Source: a virus (taxonomy: Duplodnaviria; Heunggongvirae; Uroviricota; Caudoviricetes). Taken from it: 64,000 nucleotides of DNA. The stretch lies in IMG/VR virus record IMGVR_UViG_3300033149_001657, positions 1 to 64,000 of that record, one strand, 5' to 3'. The notes beneath the pieces are model-generated. The model made no database searches, was not told where the DNA came from, and saw only the letters and a list, made by a program, of their open reading frames with translations. How positions within the stretch are numbered: position 1 is the first letter of the stretch; each line of letters opens with the position of its first letter. The position numbers and the translations under genes were made by a program. Of the stretch, positions 1-9,235 are shown one piece after another.

Positions 1-99
1 ATATTCCATATTCACCTCCTAATCTTATCATATCAAAACAGATATGACCATAATCAAATCTCATCATATCAGAATCCATATTAGACATCTTATCCGAGC

Positions 100-978
100 T
101 TATGTCTTAAGAAGATTAATCTGTTCTTTATAAGTCTTCTCTTCTTGTTCCCTGAGATATTGTTTGAAATTGAAAATAGTTTCTTCTAGTTCCTCAAATC
201 TGAATGGAGGATAGTATAGAAGAAGATCGTTGTTTATCCGTATATTTCCAAATCTGTCTTGAAATGTAATAACTACAGCTCCGATATCTGGTAACCATGC
301 ATCTGGATGCTTCAACTCTCCATATCTATCTATCAACTTGAAGCATGGACACCACATTGATCCAATAGTCTCAAACATAGCTCCAGCTGCTCTGTGATTG
401 TGAAACTCATAGCTAAAATCGTATTTCGGTGTCTTGCCCAGACTATATTCTATTAGATTGAACTTGATCTGTCTCTCATTTGCACTTGACAAGTATACAA
501 AAGCTCCAGATGTACCGTGTCTGAATCTAAGCGTCTTCCCAAAATATGATCTAATAAACTGGGTTCCTATCAATATTTTCTTATCTGGATGAAGTATCTT
601 TAGATCCTTAGCTAACAGATCTTCAAATCTGATTTCTTTCATTCCATGATATCTATGAGCATAGACTATTAGAACTTCCTTAGTATTTTCACCTATCCAC
701 TCACTTATGAGCTCAGCTCCCATCATAGATTGTTTCTCGTAATCTGGTAGCCAGATATCTTCACAGAACTCTAGTCTATTCTGTCCCTCTCCTACTTCTC
801 CACCTATAACTAGCACATCTGGATAGGTCTCAGGTATTCCCACAGCTGATTTGGCTTTTTCCCAAGCTTCATTTCTCAACCACACTTGGAATCTATTTTG
901 TTCTTTCCCTTTGGTTGTCATTCCAAATATAGATCCTACTCCTAAATGTCCTAACAAAACAATCTTAAAATTGTACAT
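100..978 (-). CDS. hypothetical protein (292 aa)
   Basis: Long ORF; ATG at 978 preceded by AAGTTAGGAGGTGATATA (strong SD, 5-nt spacer). No confident family match. Confidence 0.55.
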   Translation of the reverse strand: MYNFKIVLLGHLGVGSIFGMTTKGKEQNRFQVWLRNEAWEKAKSAVGIPETYPDVLVIGGEVGEGQNRLEFCEDIWLPDYEKQSMMGAELISEWIGENTKEVLIVYAHRYHGMKEIRFEDLLAKDLKILHPDKKILIGTQFIRSYFGKTLRFRHGTSGAFVYLSSANERQIKFNLIEYSLGKTPKYDFSYEFHNHRAAGAMFETIGSMWCPCFKLIDRYGELKHPDAWLPDIGAVVITFQDRFGNIRINNDLLLYYPPFRFEELEETIFNFKQYLREQEEKTYKEQINLLKT

Positions 979-1100
979 TATATCACCTCCTAACTTATCT
1001 TATCAGATACACATCCTATCTTATACTATCACATCGAAACTTATTCTTAGCTTAGAATATTAGATGTAATTATGATACTTATGAAAAACAGATAGTCTTT

Positions 1101-1198
1101 AGCTAAACTTAGCTAAACCAAGCGTGTTAAAACATGGAACATCTAAACCAAGCAGATCGTAAACAAAACCGAACTAATCAAAGCGAAGCTAATCAAAT
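1101..1198. repeat. iteron-like short direct repeats in 320-bp non-coding region
   Basis: AGCTAAACTT / AGCTAAACCAAGC / ATCTAAACCAAGC (1101, 1111, 1141) and CTAATCAAA x2 (1172, 1190). Confidence 0.3.
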
Positions 1199-1384
1199 AA
1201 ATTTCAGTATGTTGTCTTAAGCCAGCTTAACATATCTCAAAACATCCCGTCTTAGTCCTAGTAGAGCCTATCGGACCTTAGCATAACCTATTCTTGAAGA
1301 TCTACCTAGCTTAACTCATCGGACCAAATCACAGCCCATTTCTAACGTATACTAATATATCATAACGCATCTTATCAAATAATC

Positions 1385-2122
1385 CTAATAAAATTCATTA
1401 AACTCAGTCGGATTGGGACATGCCTTTGCATAACTATTTCTTTTAAATATCAAATAATATCCATGTGCAGTCTGAGAGTGTCTATTGTTTCTAAACACTC
1501 CAACCAAAGTTCTAATATAAACTATAACATCTATCAATTCAAAGTTCTTGAAAGCATCTATTATAATACTGTGATTTAGAATTAGTTCTCCCTTGTATCT
1601 TGTGTCCATTATCTTAACTATCAAAAGTCCATTTGGATTCAGAACCATTGGTAGTATTTTGTTAAGTATCTTAGCTGATTCCATTTGATCATTGATACTC
1701 CATTTGGTCTTGTTAGATGACCAGTCATAGTCTGGTCTCTTGAATAATATAAAGCTAGGTTCGTTGTACTTATATGGTGGATCATATATCACACAATCAA
1801 ATTTGCCATATTCATCTACTAAACTAGGAAGATCATCAAAAGGTAAGTGATGTTTAGCTGGACTGTCTGGATCTATATCGTTACCTATAATAGTATATTC
1901 ATCAAAGTTTACATACCCTGAAGCCTGATACAGCTTTCCATGACCATAAGTAATGTCTAGTATACTAGATCCTTTGGGTAGGTAGAACTCTAGGATCTGC
2001 TTCAATATCTCTGGTTGTTCTCCAATCAGTACTGATAGCAACCTTACTCCTCTTCCATCTCGTTTATGACATATGCATCCAGAAGAGACTGGAGTACTAT
2101 CTTGTACGTCAGAGTATGCCAC
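1385..2122 (-). CDS. DNA methyltransferase (N6-A/N4-C type), GTG start
   Basis: DPPY motif (VIYDPPYKYN) preceded by SAM-binding-like ILDITYGHG. GTG start; 5' end overlapped out of frame by a 53-aa ORF with a strong SD. Confidence 0.6.
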   Translation of the reverse strand: MAYSDVQDSTPVSSGCICHKRDGRGVRLLSVLIGEQPEILKQILEFYLPKGSSILDITYGHGKLYQASGYVNFDEYTIIGNDIDPDSPAKHHLPFDDLPSLVDEYGKFDCVIYDPPYKYNEPSFILFKRPDYDWSSNKTKWSINDQMESAKILNKILPMVLNPNGLLIVKIMDTRYKGELILNHSIIIDAFKNFELIDVIVYIRTLVGVFRNNRHSQTAHGYYLIFKRNSYAKACPNPTEFNEFY

Positions 2123-2370
2123 TCTTCAGGAGCTTTTCTAGCTGCCTCTAATGAAACCTCCACTATGTCCTCTAAGTCTCTTTTCACCATTTCTTTCTCC
2201 TTCATACATACACACCTCCTCATTCAATGATCTCAAATTTATATTCAACATTACAATCCAAACCTCCTACCAAAACATCATTTCTTTATAATCTCACAAA
2301 AGTCTGATTGATTTCTATACTAATACAGTTTCGTTTAATGTCCTGAGCAGCTTTCATGATTCATGTTTCC

Positions 2371-2742
2371 TCATTCTGATAGAGCTGAATTGGAAATGTC
2401 TGGTACTTCATCTATAGAATAGAAGATCCTCAATCCAAGTTCCTTAGCCTTCTCTAGTTCTTTATCTGCTCCTTTACTCGGAGCAAGATAGAGAAGAGCT
2501 TCAGCCCACATCTCTAGAAACGTCATATCATACTCATACCACCATTCTCCATAGTCTCTAGGACAGGATGGATGAATATGAATATAATGTGTTAAATGTG
2601 GTACGAATGGATAGTGTCCTCTCTCTATCAATGTTATTGCAGCTTCTACAGCTCTATACACATTTTTAGCAGCTATCTGAATAGCTTCATGTTTGTTCTT
2701 TGCATTGACTGGATTGTATGGACCAGCTATATAGATTCTCAT
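2371..2742 (-). CDS. nucleoside 2-deoxyribosyltransferase-like / DUF4406-like protein (tentative)
   Basis: N-terminus MRIYIAGPY..N..FxxAAxxL..G..PFVPH resembles the NDT-fold family. SD GGAGGTGG upstream. Confidence 0.3.
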   Translation of the reverse strand: MRIYIAGPYNPVNAKNKHEAIQIAAKNVYRAVEAAITLIERGHYPFVPHLTHYIHIHPSCPRDYGEWWYEYDMTFLEMWAEALLYLAPSKGADKELEKAKELGLRIFYSIDEVPDISNSALSE

Positions 2743-2955
2743 TTAATTTTCCACCTCCAAGATTAATTTAGTCAGATATCCAGCTTCGAGTATAAGAGTA
2801 GCTTTTCTAACGTTCCTTAATTCTTCATAGCCAAATCTGTTTCTCACTAATACCTTTGATGATACCCAATCTCTCCCTATCTCTAACTTGAAGTGTCTTC
2901 CATTATAGTATCCATGAACTTCTCCAAGTATTATTCGTTTAGACACTAGAATCAC
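2743..2955 (-). CDS. hypothetical protein (70 aa)
   Basis: ORF in the minus-strand gene chain; overlaps the next gene by 17 nt. Confidence 0.35.
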   Translation of the reverse strand: MILVSKRIILGEVHGYYNGRHFKLEIGRDWVSSKVLVRNRFGYEELRNVRKATLILEAGYLTKLILEVEN

Positions 2956-3280
2956 CTCTATTGGATATCATTCTGTCATAGAGGACTTTGAGCTTTTTAC
3001 TAGCTATCTCTTGAAACTTGTCTACTGAGATTCCTATTGATTCAAGAAGTAGTACAAGATACACTATAATGTCAAATGCCTCTTCTCCTATGTCTTCGAT
3101 AGTAACTATCTCTAAGTTAGTACCTCCACCGTATAGCTTCTTTAGCTTATTGCAGAGTTCTCCTGTCTCACCAGCTAGAGCTACAGCAAAGAACATAGGT
3201 CCTTTTCTGAATCTCCAGTATGGATAGTAAATATCGTTGAACTTTACTATATCTTTCCAGATTTTCTTCATATAGATCAC
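2939..3280 (-). CDS. MazG-like nucleotide pyrophosphohydrolase
   Basis: Motifs LAGETGELCNKLKK and EEAFDIIVYLVLLLE are typical EExxE/ExxD MazG helices. GTG start 12 nt after a GATAGTGACTA motif. Confidence 0.55.
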   Translation of the reverse strand: MIYMKKIWKDIVKFNDIYYPYWRFRKGPMFFAVALAGETGELCNKLKKLYGGGTNLEIVTIEDIGEEAFDIIVYLVLLLESIGISVDKFQEIASKKLKVLYDRMISNRGDSSV

Positions 3281-3289
3281 CAGATAATT

Positions 3290-3559
3290 TTAGTCACTAT
3301 CTTTAAAACTTTTGACCAAAGAGCTTATGATACTCTTAAAGAATCCACTTACAAATCCCAGAAAAGCTCCAAGTTCCCATAGCTCACATTCTATCTCAGT
3401 AAGATTCATCCATATTTTAATCACAGCCTGTCCTAAAGGAGTCATTCCTACAACCCATCCTACAAAAGCTCCGATAGCTGTAGCAGCTATAGCTACTACA
3501 AAAAATGCAGTTACCACTAATACTCCAACTATTATTACAGCAAGTCCTTCATCTGTCAT
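3290..3559 (-). CDS. small membrane protein (2 predicted TM helices), holin-like candidate
   Basis: Hydrophobic stretches VIIVGVLVVTAFFVVAIAATAIGAFVGWVVG. Ends ..DSD* encoded by the GATAGTGACTAA motif. Confidence 0.4.
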   Translation of the reverse strand: MTDEGLAVIIVGVLVVTAFFVVAIAATAIGAFVGWVVGMTPLGQAVIKIWMNLTEIECELWELGAFLGFVSGFFKSIISSLVKSFKDSD

Positions 3560-3697
3560 GAATCATACCTCCTCTAGTAACTATCATCTCTGACAGTATC
3601 AAATAAATCATCTATATTATCTTCATTAGTATTTCTTTCCTTAACAGATTCTTTTTCTATATCGTCATATAGTAAGAGTATAGCACATAGAACAATC

Positions 3698-3937
3698 TCA
3701 TCTATCATTGACATCTCTCCAGATCCAGTATGCCACTCTTAAAATAGTCCATAGTAAGAATATAACAGAGAATATTTCATGAATAGATGAAAGAACAGTT
3801 CCTATCGATAGCCATAGTATTGCTTCTGATACTCCCATTATAGCTGGATCTATTTCTCCATTCTTTATTCTACTTGGAATAGTCTTTGTAGCTCTATATA
3901 TCATTTTTAGAAATGCTCTAAAGGATGTATCTTTCAT
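3698..3937 (-). CDS. small membrane protein
   Basis: 79-aa ORF with hydrophobic segments. Confidence 0.35.
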   Translation of the reverse strand: MKDTSFRAFLKMIYRATKTIPSRIKNGEIDPAIMGVSEAILWLSIGTVLSSIHEIFSVIFLLWTILRVAYWIWRDVNDR

Positions 3938-3939
3938 AC

Positions 3940-4197
3940 TTACCTCCTCAAATATATTGTTCTTTTGAGTCTCTCAGCTTCAGAATACCAGTAATCAGCA
4001 TCGTACTGAAGCTCCTTTAGTTTCTTCCTAAGCTCATCTATTTCTCTACGTAATCTACTTGTCTCTTCCTCAGTATAATATAAATCGTATTCAAGATTGT
4101 CATAACACTCTGAACATACTACTTTAGATAGATCCTCTATTTTGTTGTTACATTTGGAACAAACTAGCTGTCCTAGTTTACTCTCCTCATTATTCAA
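3940..4197 (-). CDS. zinc-ribbon / coiled-coil small protein
   Basis: Motifs CSKCNNK..CSECYD followed by a charged coiled-coil region. Confidence 0.4.
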   Translation of the reverse strand: MNNEESKLGQLVCSKCNNKIEDLSKVVCSECYDNLEYDLYYTEEETSRLRREIDELRKKLKELQYDADYWYSEAERLKRTIYLRR

Positions 4198-4291
4198 ACG
4201 TAAATTCCTCCTCTAATATTATCTGAATTATTCCCTCTGACTTTATCATGATCCCTGATATCTATACCTTGTGAGTCATGCTCTATCACGA

Positions 4292-4516
4292 CTATTCCTC
4301 ATCTTCAACTGGTTCTCCAATATAGGGGTTTCTAGAAAGCTTGTCGAGAATCTTCATTATCTCTTCATAGCTTTCTGAATCAGTCTTTTTTATTTTCTCA
4401 AGTTCTTGTCTAGCATGAAGAGTAAACATCACTTCACATCTGTCTCTAGTAACTAAGTATCTCAATTCAGCATAAAGCCACTTGAGCTTGTTTTCCAGAT
4501 ACTTAAGATAGTTCAT
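4292..4516 (-). CDS. hypothetical protein (74 aa)
   Basis: ORF in the gene chain. Confidence 0.35.
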   Translation of the reverse strand: MNYLKYLENKLKWLYAELRYLVTRDRCEVMFTLHARQELEKIKKTDSESYEEIMKILDKLSRNPYIGEPVEDEE

Positions 4517-4534
4517 GAGATATCCCTTCTATTC

Positions 4535-4771
4535 TTAGATCTTCCCAACAACAAAGTACAGCCATAGATCTTTCTTTCTTATCTGGATACTTCGAGCTCC
4601 ATAATAAGTACCTTCCACTGGAATGTTTAGTTCTCTACTGAGAAGATCTAGGTCTTTATTATCTACAAAGATACGAATCCATAGCGGTTGATTCTCTAAT
4701 CTTGGTAGATCTATTCTCACATCTGTTTCATCCAGTGTAACAACCTTACCAGTACCTTCTCTATACTTCAT
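4535..4771 (-). CDS. hypothetical protein (78 aa)
   Basis: ORF in the gene chain; 4-nt overlap with the upstream gene. Confidence 0.35.
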   Translation of the reverse strand: MKYREGTGKVVTLDETDVRIDLPRLENQPLWIRIFVDNKDLDLLSRELNIPVEGTYYGARSIQIRKKDLWLYFVVGKI

Positions 4772-5238
4772 TTCCTATCACCCAACTTTAGAAGATAATC
4801 CCACACAGCTAGAGTAGCTGCACAAGCTACATTAAGACATCTAACCTTGCCATTCATAGGCAGCTTTATTATGTCATCAGAGATAGATATGATCTCTTCA
4901 GGTACATTACCATCTTCTGGACCAACCACTATACATGGATCACTTTTCCACTGAAATGAAGGTATGTCATGTGCTCTTGGATGCAACTCCATGGATACCA
5001 GATATTCATTGTTGACATAGTCTACAAAATCACCAATAGAATCCATCATAGTGATGATGCTCCATGGTTCTCTTTTAGATAGTATCTTACGTTCCAGCCT
5101 CGATCTAACTAGGTCTCTCGGAGATACAACGATGAACTCTTCTGTTCCAACACCATCAGCTAATCTTAGAACATTATAGACGTTGATATATCGCTTTGGA
5201 GATATCATACAAATCTTCATTCTACTCATCAACTTCAA
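4768..5238 (-). CDS. SpoU/TrmH-family (SPOUT) RNA 2'-O-methyltransferase-like protein
   Basis: Motif 2/3 signature: IVVGPEDGNVP ... IKLPMNGKVRCLNVACAATLAVWDYL. Confidence 0.6.
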   Translation of the reverse strand: MKLMSRMKICMISPKRYINVYNVLRLADGVGTEEFIVVSPRDLVRSRLERKILSKREPWSIITMMDSIGDFVDYVNNEYLVSMELHPRAHDIPSFQWKSDPCIVVGPEDGNVPEEIISISDDIIKLPMNGKVRCLNVACAATLAVWDYLLKLGDRK

Positions 5239-5881
5239 ATCTGTATTCTACCTCATGATCTAGGAATTGTCTACCAAAACATCTTTCCTTAATAATCATA
5301 CAGTATTTTGGATCAATCTCAATACCAATACAAGATCTGTTTAGATCCTGACAGACTTTCATAGTAGTTCCACCACCAAGAAATGGATCAAGCACAACAT
5401 CACCTTCATCAGTTAACAATTCCACGATCTTCTTTACAAATCCTTCATGTTGACCCCACTTGTGGTATCTCTTATCCTTTCTCTCTGACTCATGTACATT
5501 ACACATCCATTCTGTTCTATAGGGTTTGCCCTTGGTAAAAGCAAGGACAGGTTTTGATCTAATCATCAGCTTCTTGTACCATACTCTGGGATTACCACCT
5601 CTGTGTAAAATTTCATATAACCAGAACCAATCTAAGTATGGAGTCATTAGCTGAAGTACATCTGGTAAGAACTGAGCTCCACAATAAGCAAATAGGTATC
5701 GTCCATCCTTGAGGAGTCTTTTCCCCTCTCTAGCTAGAGGCTCATATAGACAAATTCCTTCCTTTGTGTAAGGTGGATCTGTGATTATTAGATCGATGCT
5801 CTGGTCTTTCAGCTTGGGTAAGATCTTACAAGCATCTCCCTGAATTAACCAATAGAAATTCTTCATTACTATCTTCCACAC
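5222..5881 (-). CDS. DNA methyltransferase (N4-C/N6-A, beta-class order DPPY then FxGxG)
   Basis: Motifs LIITDPPYTKEG and VLDPFLGGGTTMKVCQDLNRSCIGIEIDPKYC. GTG start 13 nt after a GATAGTGACTA motif. Confidence 0.8.
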   Translation of the reverse strand: MWKIVMKNFYWLIQGDACKILPKLKDQSIDLIITDPPYTKEGICLYEPLAREGKRLLKDGRYLFAYCGAQFLPDVLQLMTPYLDWFWLYEILHRGGNPRVWYKKLMIRSKPVLAFTKGKPYRTEWMCNVHESERKDKRYHKWGQHEGFVKKIVELLTDEGDVVLDPFLGGGTTMKVCQDLNRSCIGIEIDPKYCMIIKERCFGRQFLDHEVEYRFEVDE

Positions 5882-5893
5882 TTTCTTTTTACT

Positions 5894-6358
5894 TTAGTCA
5901 CTATCATCTTCTATATCCATAACAGCTACGTATTCATAGTCTCCATAGACATAAGCACTGATAGTAACTATCGTTCCATCCTTAAGTCTTAGAGTAATTG
6001 AGCTCAATCCATCGTCAAAATAGTATTCATCATGAACACTCAAATCAATAACAGTAGCTCCTAGCAATTTCTTCTTCAGTTTCTCTTCCGTAGCTTTCAT
6101 CCTTCTCTTGTCTTGACACGTAGAACATATAGGTTCTTTCCATGGACATCTTCCCAGAAATATTTTACCACAGTCCTGACATTTCCAATATTTGTTTGGA
6201 TTCTCTTCATAGAGAGCTTCTTTAAGAGATTCATTTAACTCAGCTATTCTTGATTTTATATCAAGATATTCAGATCGTAGTTTGTACTCTGACTTATCAA
6301 TACTATCTAGTCTCTCCTGAAGCTCCTTAATCTGTCTACGAATTTCTTCACTTTTCAT
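5894..6358 (-). CDS. coiled-coil protein with C4 zinc finger
   Basis: Motifs CQDCGK..CPWKEPICSTCQD; N-terminal charged coiled coil. Confidence 0.4.
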   Translation of the reverse strand: MKSEEIRRQIKELQERLDSIDKSEYKLRSEYLDIKSRIAELNESLKEALYEENPNKYWKCQDCGKIFLGRCPWKEPICSTCQDKRRMKATEEKLKKKLLGATVIDLSVHDEYYFDDGLSSITLRLKDGTIVTISAYVYGDYEYVAVMDIEDDSD

Positions 6359-6369
6359 AATATCACCTC

Positions 6370-6753
6370 TTAAAGATCTATAGCTAAAAGTGCTCTGATA
6401 AATCTCTCAGCTTCATACTTGTCTGGATTATAAATCAGTATCCAATCGTTTATTTTCTTTGATGATATAACCTTACGGTTATAGGTTCCTAGAATGACAC
6501 ATAATTCTTTTACCATATCGTGATATGTGTTATCAAACAAAAATCTGATGATTTCTGATGATCCTTCTAATGAAAGGAGCTCATCAGAGATATTCATTGA
6601 TAAGACAATTCTAGGTCTGAGATAGATAACAGTATCATTGTGTGTTGGTCTATGTTCTAGATGAACATCAACATCTATACCTTTCTCTCTAAAAAACTCT
6701 CTTATTTTCTCACGAGTAATAATAACTTCTTTCTCCACTAGAACCCTCTCCAC
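6370..6753 (-). CDS. hypothetical protein (127 aa)
   Basis: ORF in the gene chain. Confidence 0.35.
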   Translation of the reverse strand: MERVLVEKEVIITREKIREFFREKGIDVDVHLEHRPTHNDTVIYLRPRIVLSMNISDELLSLEGSSEIIRFLFDNTYHDMVKELCVILGTYNRKVISSKKINDWILIYNPDKYEAERFIRALLAIDL

Positions 6754-7022
6754 AATCCTTTCTCCTTAAGATATTCGATAGCTTTTAGTCTATTCTCATC
6801 TTCGTTAGCTTTTATTTTCTCTAAGTTTTCCTTACGTTCTTTAATTTCTTTATGCCATTCATCAAACGTAAGAATCCACCAATAGGAGGCATGTATATCT
6901 GATCTCTTAACTTCACACTGTCCACATATAACACATATTCTATAATCTGGTGTCTCATAGTGCCACTTGTGTAGATCAAGAGATTCACACATGAAACGTC
7001 TTATCTTACTAATTATTCTCAA
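6738..7022 (-). CDS. hypothetical protein with CxxC..C motif
   Basis: Motif CVICGQCEV; 94 aa. Confidence 0.35.
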   Translation of the reverse strand: MRIISKIRRFMCESLDLHKWHYETPDYRICVICGQCEVKRSDIHASYWWILTFDEWHKEIKERKENLEKIKANEDENRLKAIEYLKEKGLWRGF

Positions 7023-7034
7023 GTCTAACTCACC

Positions 7035-7790
7035 TCATATTAATATTCTAACATAATGTACAGTTCCATTCTCTTTAAAATACAAAGTACCTGGTACTGG
7101 TTCCTGTGCATCACGTTGAATCTCTAGTCCATATTTTGCATATTTGAGACCTAACTTCTGCATTATTTTCTCTTGTCCATAAAATACTCTAGCATCTTTC
7201 TCATCACTTAAATCTAAGACAATATGGTATCCTCTAGATGTCTCTGTTACCATGAATATAGGAAGCATTGATACTTCATTAAGTATCGTATCAAGTAAGT
7301 TCTTATCAAGCACATCAATGTCTAGAGTAACATAGTGATATCCAGCTATTTTGTGTCTATGAAGCTTACTAAAGAATCTAACATCCTGTTTAGTAAGCTG
7401 ATAAATAGAGCTGTCATCTCTTTGAAGCATATAGCTAACATTCTCTTTCATAAGATCTCCTATGGCATGATATACACTTCTTGGACTTAATGTGGCATAG
7501 ATAGCTCTAGCAACTATTGGAATGTCCTTGTCTCTAAATTGATACTTACCATAGTGTTGTAGAAGAGAAAGTCTCTGTACTTTGTTGAAATAGAAGTCTC
7601 TCCAATTATCTTTAGGTCTAATTATCTCTCTTGATATCAATAAATCTCTAATTTTGATTCCTAAGAGCTTTTTAGAAATTCTACTTCTAACAGCTAACAT
7701 CAAAAGATGAGTCGTAGGTGGATTTAATGTGAGCTCTGGTAATCTTTTGATAAATTCTCTTACATCTTCTTCAATAAACAAGTCTACCAT
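7035..7790 (-). CDS. hypothetical protein (251 aa)
   Basis: Long ORF; no recognisable motif. Confidence 0.45.
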   Translation of the reverse strand: MVDLFIEEDVREFIKRLPELTLNPPTTHLLMLAVRSRISKKLLGIKIRDLLISREIIRPKDNWRDFYFNKVQRLSLLQHYGKYQFRDKDIPIVARAIYATLSPRSVYHAIGDLMKENVSYMLQRDDSSIYQLTKQDVRFFSKLHRHKIAGYHYVTLDIDVLDKNLLDTILNEVSMLPIFMVTETSRGYHIVLDLSDEKDARVFYGQEKIMQKLGLKYAKYGLEIQRDAQEPVPGTLYFKENGTVHYVRILI

Positions 7791-7793
7791 ATT

Positions 7794-8393
7794 TCATTCC
7801 TTCATTTGACATTTTCTGAATATTGACACCATTCTAAATCTATGATTTGTACTCCCACTTATTCCTATCATACCAACAAGTTCTAGTTCATCTTTTCTAA
7901 ACATTGGAAGTACTTGATCTAACCAACATATGAATCCATTAGGTTTTGTGATTTTGACACATTCCTTAATTACTTTGTTTCTATTTACCATTGGATGTCC
8001 ATAATGTAGAGCATCTTCTTCACTGTATGGAGGATCAGCCAAAATAAGATCAAAGTAATCTTTGTCAAAATACTCTGATAGATTATGTGCATCACCTACT
8101 ATATCTGGATGAAGATCTGGATTAATATCAAATCTAATCTCTACTGGATAACCTATCAAATCATCTTCTGTTAAAGATCCAGAAAATAGATGGAGTACAG
8201 TCTCACAGTCTGGAAACAGAGCTGAAATCCTCTTAAGATATGAAGGTGGATATTCTCCATAGTATCCATGTTTTCTCTTGTAGTAGTTACCAATTATCCA
8301 TACTCCATGTACCCATCCTTTATCGTATATAAGTCTAGGATAGTTTGGAAAACATCTTGAATAGTTTCTAACTCTTTCTTCAAGTGATATCAC
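7794..8393 (-). CDS. DNA methyltransferase-like protein (DPPY motif)
   Basis: Motif LILADPPYSEED with upstream SGSL and downstream PNGFICWLD. Confidence 0.5.
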   Translation of the reverse strand: MISLEERVRNYSRCFPNYPRLIYDKGWVHGVWIIGNYYKRKHGYYGEYPPSYLKRISALFPDCETVLHLFSGSLTEDDLIGYPVEIRFDINPDLHPDIVGDAHNLSEYFDKDYFDLILADPPYSEEDALHYGHPMVNRNKVIKECVKITKPNGFICWLDQVLPMFRKDELELVGMIGISGSTNHRFRMVSIFRKCQMKE

Positions 8394-8466
8394 ATTTAAT
8401 TCCTCCTTTTCTTGTATTCGTAAATATCTCCTATATCATACTTGATATAGTCACTAAAGGATACTT

Positions 8467-8721
8467 CTACTGTATCACCATTATCCATAACAAAGTAGTA
8501 GTGATGATGAAATATTGGAATAAGAACTTACCAACTGGAATAAATATCGGTACAGTTCTCTCATATTTCTTAACAATCCTAGCTCGTACAGCTATCCATT
8601 CACCAGTAAAATGATAAATGATAATTCCTACAACAAGTCCTACTGCTAGTAATATAATTCCAGTAACAACTAAAAATTCTTTATCCATGCTCACTCTACC
8701 TTTATGATAGCTACTTTTCAT
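8467..8721 (-). CDS. small membrane protein
   Basis: Two hydrophobic helices (VVTGIILLAVGLVVGIIIY; FIITTTLLWIMVI). Confidence 0.35.
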   Translation of the reverse strand: MKSSYHKGRVSMDKEFLVVTGIILLAVGLVVGIIIYHFTGEWIAVRARIVKKYERTVPIFIPVGKFLFQYFIITTTLLWIMVIQ

Positions 8722-8728
8722 ATTCCGC

Positions 8729-9235
8729 TTATAAGCTGCTTCCTATTCTTATTATCTTGTCAGGCACGAAGCTTAGAGCATATTCAAACTTAGTAACTAG
8801 ATAATTTCTATACTCCTCATCAATACTTCTAAATCCATCTTCTACAAGTGGTAGTGGTTCACAGTAAAATATTATCTTCTTACCAGACATCTGATAATAT
8901 ATTTCTTTAGATCTAGATACTAGCTCATCACATTCTTCTTTAGTCATTCTGCCTTTATCATATAAATAAAGAGTATATGGAATGGTATCAATACTGCATC
9001 TATCCATGACAATATAATCAGCATTAAGCTCTACAAAATCTCTTTTAGCATAGAACTCTACTACCCACTTTTGAGATTTATATGTACCCATCTCATTAAT
9101 AGGATATGGACAATTTCGTATACCTTCCTCTCTGTATTCAACTTTGAATCCTAGGGACTTTAATAGAAGGTATGTAAATCTTGATCTAGTGGTCTTTCCA
9201 CTACACTGTACTCCAGAGAATATCAGACGTATCAT
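8729..9235 (-). CDS. P-loop NTPase / nucleotide-kinase-like protein
   Basis: Walker A FSGVQCSGKTT near the N-terminus; about 168 aa, the size of dNMP/polynucleotide kinases. Confidence 0.45.
   Translation of the reverse strand: MIRLIFSGVQCSGKTTRSRFTYLLLKSLGFKVEYREEGIRNCPYPINEMGTYKSQKWVVEFYAKRDFVELNADYIVMDRCSIDTIPYTLYLYDKGRMTKEECDELVSRSKEIYYQMSGKKIIFYCEPLPLVEDGFRSIDEEYRNYLVTKFEYALSFVPDKIIRIGSSL

Noticed and set aside
851-1063. Plus-strand ORF (70 aa) overlapping the 5' end of gene 100-978.
   Set aside because: Antisense shadow ORF inside or adjacent to a well-supported minus-strand gene, with no SD. The same applies to the other plus-strand track ORFs at 3018-3227, 3312-3593, 8384-8614, 9579-9845, 12045-12266, 12444-12659, 12854-13111, 13271-13474, 15089-15349, 15276-15476, 16180-16386, 19075-19422, 20566-20877, 24107-24322, 24264-24455, 25903-26100, 30203-30409, 32063-32299, 32769-32990, 34756-35001, 36352-36561, 36908-37099, 37108-37485, 37643-37828, 38839-39057, 40024-40242, 42997-43188, 45495-45734, 45945-46133, 46405-46716, 47514-47699, 52014-52208, 52186-52560, 52686-52868, 55909-56232, 57183-57383, 57352-57663, 58353-58538, 60262-60477, 60458-60673, 61658-61846 and 61833-62087.
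1064-1384. Searched non-coding stretches (1064-1384, 30700-30870, 37333-37563, 39310-39620, 44682-44995) for tRNA genes.
   Set aside because: No GTTCGAATC-like T-loop or cloverleaf-compatible inverted repeats were seen. No tRNA is called.
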